Positions 16,128-23,486 of a stretch of DNA of 32,000 nucleotides are shown here, in pieces (within the stretch, counting starts at the first letter, position 1; each line of letters begins with the position of its first letter). The stretch is from Luteococcus sp. H91. GTDB taxonomy: Bacteria; Actinomycetota; Actinomycetes; Propionibacteriales; Propionibacteriaceae. A model generated the notes under the pieces. The model was not told the origin of the DNA and ran no database searches. It saw only the letters and a list, made by a program, of their open reading frames with translations. Both the position numbers and the translations under genes were made by a program. The stretch lies in NCBI RefSeq assembly GCF_038433135.1, contig NZ_JBCDMV010000011.1, forward strand, positions 30,491 through 62,490. The letters are read 5' to 3'.

Positions 16128-16221
16128 GACTTCCATGGACCCTCACCCCACCCCCTCGCCACGCATCGGTTCGAGATATGCCACTATTAGCACGGAATCT
16201 TCCGTACTAAAGGGGAATGTC

Positions 16222-18633
16222 TTGTCACTCAAGGAAAGTGCGCCGCCGGGAGGCGCCCAACCCGTCCCGCGCACCACCGGCCACCGGATGTCCAGCCGGG
16301 ATCGCCGCTGGTGGATCGCCCTGGCCACCGTCGTCCTGGGCTCCTTCGTCGTGCTGCTCTACATGGGCATGCGGATCGACCACTCCAAGCCACCGATCCC
16401 CACCAGCGTGGTGGCCGCCGACGGCACCGAGCTGATCAGCAAGGGCGAGATCATGGACGGCCAGCGCGTCTGGCAGTCCATCGGCGGCCAGCAGGTGGGT
16501 TCGATCTGGGGCCATGGCGCCTACGTCGCCCCGGACTGGACGGCCGACTGGCTGCACCGCGAATCCACCTTCCTGCTGGACGGCTACGCCAAGGCCGATG
16601 GCGCCAAGGACTACGCCAGCCTCGACGCGGAGAAGCAGGCCGCCCTGCAGGCCCGGCTCAAGAAGGCCATGCGAACCAATACCTATGACTCCCGGACCGG
16701 CACCATCACCCTGGCGCCCGGCCGTGAAGCGGCCTTCAAGGCCAACTCCGCCCACTATGCGGACATCTTCGCCAACGGCCACGAGCCCTACGCCATCGCC
16801 AAGGGCGCCGTGAAGGATCCCGAGGCCATGAAGAAGATGAATGCCTTCTTCTGGTGGTCCAGCTGGGCCGCCTCCACCGACCGCATGGACGGCAGTGAGT
16901 CCTACACCGCCAACTGGCCGCATGAACCCCTGGTGGGCAATGCCCCCACCACCACCAATGTGCTGTGGAGCATCATCAGCTTCATCCTCTTGCTGGGTGG
17001 CATCTCCGGCATGGTCTGGTACCACAACCTGCATGACGAGGACGAGGTGACCGACGAGGCACCCGTCAACGACCCGCTGCTGGGCTACCAGGCCACCCCG
17101 TCGCAGAAGGCCACGCTGAAGTACTTCTTCGTCGTCGGCGGCCTCTTCCTGCTGCAGATCGCCATGGGCATCCTGTCCGCCCACTACGGCGTCGAGGGTG
17201 GTTCCCTGTACGGCATCCCGATCGACAAGATCCTGCCCTACACCGTCGTGCGCACCTGGCACACCCAGTTGGGCATCCTGTGGATCGCGACGGCCTGGCT
17301 GGCCACCGGCCTGTACGTCGCGCCCGCCGTGGGTGGCCGCGAGCCCAAGCTGCAGAAGCTGGGCGTCAACGTGCTCTTCTACGCGCTCGTGCTGGTGGTG
17401 CTGGGCTCCATGCTCGGCGAATGGCTGTCCATCCGCGGCTCCCTGGGCTACGGCACCGAACTGAGCTGGTGGCTGGGCACCACCGGCATGGAATACCTGG
17501 ACCTGGCCCGTCTCTGGCAGATCGGGCTGTTCATCGGCCTGTTCCTCTGGTTCTTCCTGATGGCCCGCGGCATGTGGCCGGCGATCGGCCGCGCCAAGCA
17601 GCAGGGCCGGGTGGAGCCCACCGACGAGGCTCCGCTGCAGTCCGGCTCCCAACGCACCCTGGTGGCCATGCTGCTGATGAGCTGCCTGGCGATCGCCTCC
17701 TTCTTCGGCGCCGCCTTCGGGATGGGCCACGACACCCACCTGTCGATCACCGAGTACTGGCGCTGGTGGGTGGTGCACCTGTGGGTGGAGGGCTTCTTCG
17801 AGGTCTTCGCCACCGTGGTGATCGCCTTCCTGTTCAGCCGGCTGCGGCTGGTCCGTCCTGCCGTCGCGGCGACGGCCACCATCTCGTCGACGACGATCTT
17901 CCTGTTCGGCGGCATCATCGGCACCGGACACCACCTCTACTTCTCCGGTTCCGACGACGTGGTGATGGCGCTGTCCGCCGCCTTCAGCGCGCTCGAGGTG
18001 GTGCCGCTGGCCCTGATCGGCTTCGAGGCCATCCGCAACCTGCGGATCCTCAAGGTCAGCGAATGGGTGGCCGGCTACAAGTGGGCCATCTACTTCTTCG
18101 TCTCCGTCTCCTTCTGGAACATGCTGGGCGCCGGCGTCTTCGGCTTCCTGATCAACCCGCCGATCTCGCTGTTCTACGTCCAGGGCCTGAACCTCACCCC
18201 GCTGCACGCCCACACCGCCCTGTTCGGGGTCTACGGCATGCTCGGGATCGGCCTGATGCTGTTCTGCGTGCGCAGCCTGATGCCCGGCCGGGAGTGGAAT
18301 GAGCGCTGGATCAAGTGGGGCTTCTGGCTGATGAATGGCGGCCTGCTGGCGATGAGCCTGCTCAGCCTGCTGCCGCTGGGTCTGGCGCAGGCCTGGGCCA
18401 GCATCTCGGTGGGAACCTGGTGGGCCCGCAGCGCGGACTTCCTGTACACCCCGACACTGACCGTGCTGCGTTGGATGCGCACCCCCGGCGACATCCTGTT
18501 CGCCCTGGGTGCGCTCTCGATCGGGCTGTTCATGGTGGGCCTGCTGACCGGCCACTCCTACCGCAGCCACGAGCCGATCCACCGGGCCGGACGACTGGAG
18601 GCGGACCCGCTGGAGGAGGACCAGCTGGTCTGA
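16222..18633 (+). CDS. norB: Quinol-dependent nitric-oxide reductase (qNOR, single-subunit NorB/NorZ type)
   Basis: ...RRWWIALATVVLGSFVVLLYMG...GQRVWQSIGGQQVGSIWGHGAYVAPDWTADWLHRE...WWVVHLWVEGFFEVF...GTGHHLYFSG..., about 14 TM segments. The start is either TTG 16222 (AAAGGGGA Shine-Dalgarno, 6-nt spacer) or ATG 16288. The track ORF from 15958 overlaps ptsH and its terminator and is rejected. Confidence 0.88.
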   Translation: MSLKESAPPGGAQPVPRTTGHRMSSRDRRWWIALATVVLGSFVVLLYMGMRIDHSKPPIPTSVVAADGTELISKGEIMDGQRVWQSIGGQQVGSIWGHGAYVAPDWTADWLHRESTFLLDGYAKADGAKDYASLDAEKQAALQARLKKAMRTNTYDSRTGTITLAPGREAAFKANSAHYADIFANGHEPYAIAKGAVKDPEAMKKMNAFFWWSSWAASTDRMDGSESYTANWPHEPLVGNAPTTTNVLWSIISFILLLGGISGMVWYHNLHDEDEVTDEAPVNDPLLGYQATPSQKATLKYFFVVGGLFLLQIAMGILSAHYGVEGGSLYGIPIDKILPYTVVRTWHTQLGILWIATAWLATGLYVAPAVGGREPKLQKLGVNVLFYALVLVVLGSMLGEWLSIRGSLGYGTELSWWLGTTGMEYLDLARLWQIGLFIGLFLWFFLMARGMWPAIGRAKQQGRVEPTDEAPLQSGSQRTLVAMLLMSCLAIASFFGAAFGMGHDTHLSITEYWRWWVVHLWVEGFFEVFATVVIAFLFSRLRLVRPAVAATATISSTTIFLFGGIIGTGHHLYFSGSDDVVMALSAAFSALEVVPLALIGFEAIRNLRILKVSEWVAGYKWAIYFFVSVSFWNMLGAGVFGFLINPPISLFYVQGLNLTPLHAHTALFGVYGMLGIGLMLFCVRSLMPGREWNERWIKWGFWLMNGGLLAMSLLSLLPLGLAQAWASISVGTWWARSADFLYTPTLTVLRWMRTPGDILFALGALSIGLFMVGLLTGHSYRSHEPIHRAGRLEADPLEEDQLV

Positions 18634-18663
18634 ATTCCTCCTCCTAGTCCGGAGGGGTTTTCA

Positions 18664-18699
18664 CGACGAGGGGTGGGGCTTCGGCCCCGCCCCTCGTCG
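18664..18699 (+). terminator. norB terminator
   Basis: CGACGAGGGGTGGGGC ttcg GCCCCGCCCCTCGTCG, a 16-bp stem with one G.U pair, 30 nt after the stop. Confidence 0.7.
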
Positions 18700-18845
18700 G
18701 CATTCGCCGAGGCTGAGGATGTCTCAGCGAACCCTTGTCGAATTAACACCGGATCTGGTCTGAAGTACCCCTTGGGCGGGGGTTGGATGGACCTGTCACC
18801 CGCTGAGGGTCCCGGGTCGCGGGTGATGACGTCGAAGGGGAAGCA

Positions 18846-20231
18846 ATGTTCAGCTCAGTCCGCAAGGGCCTCAACCGGGCCCTGGCCACCACGCTCACCA
18901 CCGTCATGCTCGGCGGCGGTTTGTTGGGTCTTGGTTCCGGACAGCACAGTGCCGAGGCCGCCGGTGCCACCCACTCCTACCTGGTGAACGCCCGCACCCC
19001 CCAGCAGACCGCCGCCGCCCAGGCCGCCGCCGTGAAGGCCGGCGGCAAGGTGGTGCAGAGCTGGCCGCAGATCGGCGTGATCGTGGTGCGCTCCACCAAC
19101 CCCAACTACCTGAGGTCGTTGAGCCGGCAGCGCAACAAGGCCGTCCTCTCCGCGGGCGACGCGCGGATGGAGGCCGCGCGAGAGAAGGCCGTGACCGGCC
19201 GTTCCGTCGCGGTCCCCGCGACCGTGCGCAAGGTGACCTCCGCCACTTCCCCCAGCGCCTCGCGAGCCAAGACCGACCCGATGGCCAGGAAGCAGGCACA
19301 TCTGGGGGTCGTCCGCGCCACCTCCGCGCAGCAGCTGACCCTCGGTTCCCGCTCCGTCGTCGTGGGCGTGCTGGACACCGGCATCGACGACCGCCACCCC
19401 GACCTGAAGGCCAATTTCAGCCGGGCCGACTCGATCGACTGCACCGCTGGTGGCCGGCCGAACACCGCGAACCAGGCCTGGCGGGGCAACGACAGCCACG
19501 GCACCCACGTCGCCGGCACCATCGCCGCCGCCCGGAATGGCTACGGCGTCACCGGCGTCGCCCCCAATGTGAAGGTCGCCTCGGTGAAGGTGGTCAACTC
19601 CGCGGGCGAGAGCTTCCCCGAGTACCTGGTCTGCGGCTTCATGTGGTCCGGGATGCGACAGCTGACCGTCACCAACACCTCGCTCAACCTCTTCGACCTG
19701 TGGTGCGGCGAGCTGGGGATCACCGGCCCGGCCCGGCTCTCCGTGACCCGCGCGATCAACTACGCCGCCGGCCGCGGCGTGCTGCACGTCTCGTCTGCCG
19801 GCAATGCCGGGATGGACGTCAGCTGGCAGCGCGGCGAGACCTGCCACGACCCGGTGGCCGAGAGCCCCAATGTGCTGCACGTGGCCTCCGTGACCAACAA
19901 GGGCCGACTGAGCGAGTTCTCCAGTTATGGCCGACGCATGGTGGACATCGCGGCGCCCGGCGAGGGCGTGCTCTCCGACTCCACCGGCCGCGGCTTCGAG
20001 AAGCGCACCGGCACCTCCCAGGCCGCCCCGCAGGTAGCCGGCACGTTGGCGCTGATGAAGTCCCGCAAGCCGTCGGCCAGCAACACCCGACTGGTCAGCA
20101 CCCTGCGCAAGACCACCAAGGCCGTGCTGCTGCGCACCGTCGGCCCCGACTGCCGGGGCACTGCCCGAAACAACAGCTGCACCGGCGCCGGCCAGCTGGA
20201 CAGCTACGCCGCGGTCAAGGCGATCCGCTGA
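18846..20231 (+). CDS. Secreted S8 (subtilisin-like) serine peptidase with an I9-type propeptide
   Basis: Signal peptide (MFSSVRKGLNRALATTLTTVMLGGGLLGLGSGQHSAEAA), a propeptide-like segment, and the catalytic triad motifs VLDTGID, HGTHVAGTIAA and GTSQAAPQVAG. Confidence 0.88.
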   Translation: MFSSVRKGLNRALATTLTTVMLGGGLLGLGSGQHSAEAAGATHSYLVNARTPQQTAAAQAAAVKAGGKVVQSWPQIGVIVVRSTNPNYLRSLSRQRNKAVLSAGDARMEAAREKAVTGRSVAVPATVRKVTSATSPSASRAKTDPMARKQAHLGVVRATSAQQLTLGSRSVVVGVLDTGIDDRHPDLKANFSRADSIDCTAGGRPNTANQAWRGNDSHGTHVAGTIAAARNGYGVTGVAPNVKVASVKVVNSAGESFPEYLVCGFMWSGMRQLTVTNTSLNLFDLWCGELGITGPARLSVTRAINYAAGRGVLHVSSAGNAGMDVSWQRGETCHDPVAESPNVLHVASVTNKGRLSEFSSYGRRMVDIAAPGEGVLSDSTGRGFEKRTGTSQAAPQVAGTLALMKSRKPSASNTRLVSTLRKTTKAVLLRTVGPDCRGTARNNSCTGAGQLDSYAAVKAIR

Positions 20232-20248
20232 CCAGACGTCGCGTTCGA

Positions 20249-20279
20249 TTGGCCGCAGAACCCCGCCCCGCGTTATAGT
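20249..20279 (+). promoter_or_regulatory. Candidate promoter of the tRNA gene
   Basis: TATAGT at 20274-20279 lies 10 nt upstream of the mature tRNA 5' end. A weak -35-like TTGGCC is at 20249-20254. Confidence 0.45.
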
Positions 20280-20289
20280 TGCTCTTCTT

Positions 20290-20363
20290 GCGGGTGTAGT
20301 TCAGTAGCAGAACACCCACCTTCCTGGTGGGAGAGCTTGGTGCAATTCCCGGCGCCCGCTCCA
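20290..20363 (+). tRNA. tRNA-Gly (anticodon UCC) with a non-canonical D loop, T loop, T stem and anticodon loop
   Basis: Hand-folded cloverleaf: acceptor GCGGGTG/CGCCCGC, discriminator T, encoded CCA; D arm GTTC-AGTAGCA-GAAC; anticodon arm CCCAC-CTTCCTG-GTGGG; variable loop AGAG; T arm CTTGG-TGCAATT-CCCGG. Confidence 0.75.
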
Positions 20364-20368
20364 AGACT

Positions 20369-20402
20369 CAGGGCCTTGGCCATCCGGCCAGGGCCCTGTT
20401 TT
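20369..20402 (+). terminator. Intrinsic terminator after the tRNA
   Basis: CAGGGCCTTGGCC atcc GGCCAGGGCCCTG, a 13-bp stem with one G.U pair, followed by TTTT. Confidence 0.8.
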
Positions 20403-20429
20403 CATGACTGACCTGCAGACTTCGGTCGG

Positions 20430-21329
20430 ATGGCCGTCGGTCCTGGGCTCCGTAGGCTGGTTGGTGTGACCTTCCCCATTGCCACGCCCCGCCCGTCCCT
20501 GCCCCGACGCCTGTTCCGCTGGGCCGTGCGCCTGCTGCTGGCGGGGGCGGTACTGCTGGGGCTGCTGGCCGGGATGAGCTGGTACGAGGTGACCCACACC
20601 AAGGTCGCGAAATTGGAGCTGACCAGCAGCAAGATCACCGGGCGAGCGCTGCGCGTGCTGCAGATCACGGACCTGCATGATCTGCAGTACACCAGTCAGC
20701 GCGATGACCTGATCACGATGGCGCGGACGCAGAATCCGGACCTGATCGCCCTGACCGGGGACTTCGTGAACACCAATACCCGCGACTTCGGCCGGCTCGA
20801 CACCTGGTTCGGCCAACTGGAGGAGCTGAAGATCCCGATGTTTGCGGTGCCCGGCAACCACGACCACTGGCAGGGCAACCTGCCCGGGCTGGAGAAGATG
20901 CTGACCAGCCACGGGGTGGCCGTGCTGGACGACCGGCACGTCCGCCTCGACGGCCCGTGGGGCGCGCTGGACGTGATCGGCACCGATGACTACTACACCC
21001 GGCGCGGGCGGCTGGCACTCGCGATGGACGGCACCCGGCCCGACGCGTACCAGCTGGTGCTGACCCACGCGCCGGAGATCCGGCGGGACCTGGCCGCGTC
21101 CACCGCCGATCTGGTGATCTGCGGCCACACCCACGGCGGACAGGTACGGATCCCCGGGGTGGGGGCCATCGTGGCGCCCGGCCAGCCCTACTTCCCGGAC
21201 TATGACAAGGGGCTCTACGAGATCGGAAAGTCCAAGCTGTACATCGATTCCGGGGTGGGCCAGACGGCACCGCTGCGCCTGTTCGACCAGTCCCAGATGA
21301 CCCTGATCGCCATCAGACCCACCCGCTGA
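20430..21329 (+). CDS. Membrane-anchored calcineurin-like metallophosphoesterase
   Basis: N-terminal TM segment (LLLAGAVLLGLLAGMSWY), then the motifs ITDLHD, LTGDF, GNHDH, LTHAP and GHTHGG. Confidence 0.85.
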   Translation: MAVGPGLRRLVGVTFPIATPRPSLPRRLFRWAVRLLLAGAVLLGLLAGMSWYEVTHTKVAKLELTSSKITGRALRVLQITDLHDLQYTSQRDDLITMARTQNPDLIALTGDFVNTNTRDFGRLDTWFGQLEELKIPMFAVPGNHDHWQGNLPGLEKMLTSHGVAVLDDRHVRLDGPWGALDVIGTDDYYTRRGRLALAMDGTRPDAYQLVLTHAPEIRRDLAASTADLVICGHTHGGQVRIPGVGAIVAPGQPYFPDYDKGLYEIGKSKLYIDSGVGQTAPLRLFDQSQMTLIAIRPTR

Positions 21330-21374
21330 GCCATTCCCCGGGCAGGGCCACCAATTTCTGTCGGTGGCGAATGC

Positions 21375-21380
21375 TAGGTT
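21375..21380 (+). promoter_or_regulatory. Candidate -10 hexamer (TAGGTT) for a leaderless transcript
   Basis: In GCTAGGTTccctgcATG the hexamer ends 6 nt before the A of ATG 21387 and no Shine-Dalgarno sequence is present. Confidence 0.35.
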
Positions 21381-21386
21381 CCCTGC

Positions 21387-23423
21387 ATGGCACGAATCGG
21401 CTTCATCTCGCTGCACACTTCCCCGCTCGATTCGCCCGGCTCCAAGGACGCGGGCGGGATGAACGTCGTCGAGGTGCACCAGGCCAAGGCGCTGGCCGAC
21501 CGGGGGCACGTCGTCGAGCTGGTCACTCGTCGGGACAACACGGAGCTGCCCGACGTGACCGAGATCCACCCCGGGGTGACGGTCCGGCAGATCGTCGCCG
21601 GGCCCACCGAGCCGCTGGCCAAGAGCGCCCAGGATGAGTGGATCGACGACTTCTCCGCCGCGCTGGCCCGGCTGGAACCCTATGACGTCGTGCACTCGCA
21701 GCACTGGATGAGCGGGGTGGCGGCGCTGCCGGTCGCGAAGCGCTGGGGCGTGCCGCACGTGCAGAGCTTCCATTCGGTGGCGGCGCTGCCGGGTGATCCG
21801 CTGAGCGAGGGCGAGCCGCCCGAATCGCCCGGACGCAATGCCGGGGAACGACTGATCGCGCGCGAGTCGGATCTGGTGATCGCCGTCAGCCAGTACGAGG
21901 CGAAGACCATCGTCGAGCGTTGCGGGGCCGATCCGGAACGCGTCATGGTGGTGCACCCCGGGGTGGACACGGAGCTCTTCCACCCGCTGGACGACGACTG
22001 CCGCCGGTGGAACCCGGAGCTGAACAGCCCGGACGAGCCGCCGCAGTTCGGCCCGGTCTGCGTCGCCCCCAATCCCAATGGCTACCTGCTCTTTGCCGCC
22101 CGGCTGCAGCCGCTGAAGGCGCCCGATCTGGCGCTGGTGGCGGTGGCCGGCATCCCCGACGAGCTCCGCCCCACGCTGGTGATCGCCGGCGAGGCCAGCC
22201 AGGATTTCGCCAGCTACCGCGACGAACTGATCGACCTGAGCCAGAACCTGGGGATCGCCCACCAGACCTGTTGGCTGGGATCCCAGACCCGGGAGGATCT
22301 GGCCCGACTGGTCCGAGGAGCCCGCGCGGTGCTGGTGCCGTCGTTCAGCGAGACCTTCGGGCTGATCGCCCTGGAGGCCCAGGCCTGTGGCGTCGCCGTG
22401 GTCTCCGCCGATTCCGGCGGCCTGCGGGAGGCCGTGGCCGACCAGGAGACCGGCGTACTGGTGACCGAGCGAAGCGCCGAGGCATGGACGTCGGTGTTGA
22501 CCGATCTACTGCGTGCCCCGGACCGGTTGTGCGAACTGGGCCGGGCCGGCCGCCAGCGCGCCCTGGGCTTTGGTTGGGATGCGGTGGCCGGGCAGTTGGA
22601 GACCCATTACGAGTCGCTGGCCGGCAAGGGCCCCCTTGACAAAGCCTGTCCTGAGCCTGTCGAGGCCCCTCTCGCCCCGGCCGACCGCAGCATCCTGCAG
22701 GGTGTCACCCGGGTGCTCTTCTGCCACGCGCACCCCGACGACGAAACTCTCGCCACCGGAGCTCTGATCGCCCACCTGACCGGCCGCGGGATCGCCTGTG
22801 ACCTGGTGACCGCGACCCGTGGCGAGATGGGCGAGGTGGTTCCCGGGCCGCTCAGCCACCTGGCCGGGACGCCGCAACTGGAGGCCCACCGGGAGGGTGA
22901 GCTGACCGGGGCGTTGCGGGAACTGGGCATCCAGCGGCACGTCTGGCTGGGCACCGAACCCGCCCGGGCCGATGCGCTGCCCACCCGGATCTACCGGGAT
23001 TCGGGGATGGAGTGGATCCGCCCCGGTCTGGCCGGCTCCGCCGATGCCACCGACGAGCGCAGCTTCACCTTTGCCGACATCGATGATGCGGTGGCGGATC
23101 TGGCGAGCGCGATCAATGCCTGGCGGCCGGATCTGGTGGTCAGCTACGACGCCGAGGGCGGCTACGGTCACCCCGACCACGTCCGGATGCACGAAGTGGC
23201 CGGGCGCGCCGCCCGCCAGCTGGGGGTGCCGTTCGCGGAGATCCGGCACCAGCCGGGCCCGTCCGTGGAATGGTTCGAGCTGCCGGAGACCCTGCCCGTC
23301 GTCGCGAAGGCGCTGCGACAGCACGCCACCCAGCTGACGGTGCAGCCCAATGGCACCGAGGTGGTGCATTCCGGCGGGCAGCGGGATCCGATCGTGACCG
23401 CCGTCGGACTCGCGGCCCACTGA
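21387..23423 (+). CDS. Fusion protein: MshA-like GT4 glycosyltransferase (N-terminal, about 410 aa) plus MshB/Mca-like PIG-L family N-deacetylase (C-terminal, about 240 aa)
   Basis: Single uninterrupted 678-aa ORF. N-terminal part: MARIGFISLHTSPLDSPGSKDAGGMNVVEV...HSQHWMSG...VHPGVD...E(x7)E-type GT-B C-domain (FSETFGLIALEAQACG). Linker: GKGPLDKACPEPVEAPLAPADRS. C-terminal part: VLFCHAHPDDETLATG...YRDSGM...GGYGHPDHVRMHEV...RQHATQL. Confidence 0.8.
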   Translation: MARIGFISLHTSPLDSPGSKDAGGMNVVEVHQAKALADRGHVVELVTRRDNTELPDVTEIHPGVTVRQIVAGPTEPLAKSAQDEWIDDFSAALARLEPYDVVHSQHWMSGVAALPVAKRWGVPHVQSFHSVAALPGDPLSEGEPPESPGRNAGERLIARESDLVIAVSQYEAKTIVERCGADPERVMVVHPGVDTELFHPLDDDCRRWNPELNSPDEPPQFGPVCVAPNPNGYLLFAARLQPLKAPDLALVAVAGIPDELRPTLVIAGEASQDFASYRDELIDLSQNLGIAHQTCWLGSQTREDLARLVRGARAVLVPSFSETFGLIALEAQACGVAVVSADSGGLREAVADQETGVLVTERSAEAWTSVLTDLLRAPDRLCELGRAGRQRALGFGWDAVAGQLETHYESLAGKGPLDKACPEPVEAPLAPADRSILQGVTRVLFCHAHPDDETLATGALIAHLTGRGIACDLVTATRGEMGEVVPGPLSHLAGTPQLEAHREGELTGALRELGIQRHVWLGTEPARADALPTRIYRDSGMEWIRPGLAGSADATDERSFTFADIDDAVADLASAINAWRPDLVVSYDAEGGYGHPDHVRMHEVAGRAARQLGVPFAEIRHQPGPSVEWFELPETLPVVAKALRQHATQLTVQPNGTEVVHSGGQRDPIVTAVGLAAH

Positions 23424-23447
23424 CCCGGGAGCGACCCGGACACGGCA

Positions 23448-23473
23448 GGACCCCGGCCAGCTGGCCGGGGTCC
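23448..23473. terminator. Bidirectional stem-loop between convergent genes
   Basis: GGACCCCGGCC agc TGGCCGGGGTCC. Confidence 0.55.
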
Positions 23474-23486
23474 GCCGTGGACAGGG

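Noticed and set aside
15958-16221. N-terminal extension of the norB ORF as given in the track (start at 15958)
   Set aside because: It would overlap the 3' end of ptsH and read through a perfect 14-bp terminator. Homology-like sequence begins only near 16288, and a TTG with a good Shine-Dalgarno sequence is at 16222.
16225-18582. 785-aa minus-strand ORF
   Set aside because: It is antisense to the qNOR gene, has no motifs and shows an extreme Gly/Asp/Ala/Gln/His composition, a shadow ORF.
20290-20430. tRNA gene as an integration site of a genomic island or prophage
   Set aside because: No integrase, no phage or transposase genes, and no second copy of the tRNA 3' end were noticed downstream. 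The flanking genes have the same composition as the rest of the window.
20301-22262. 653-aa minus-strand ORF
   Set aside because: It runs across the tRNA gene, its terminator, the metallophosphoesterase gene and the first half of the GT4 domain on the opposite strand, and has no recognisable domain.
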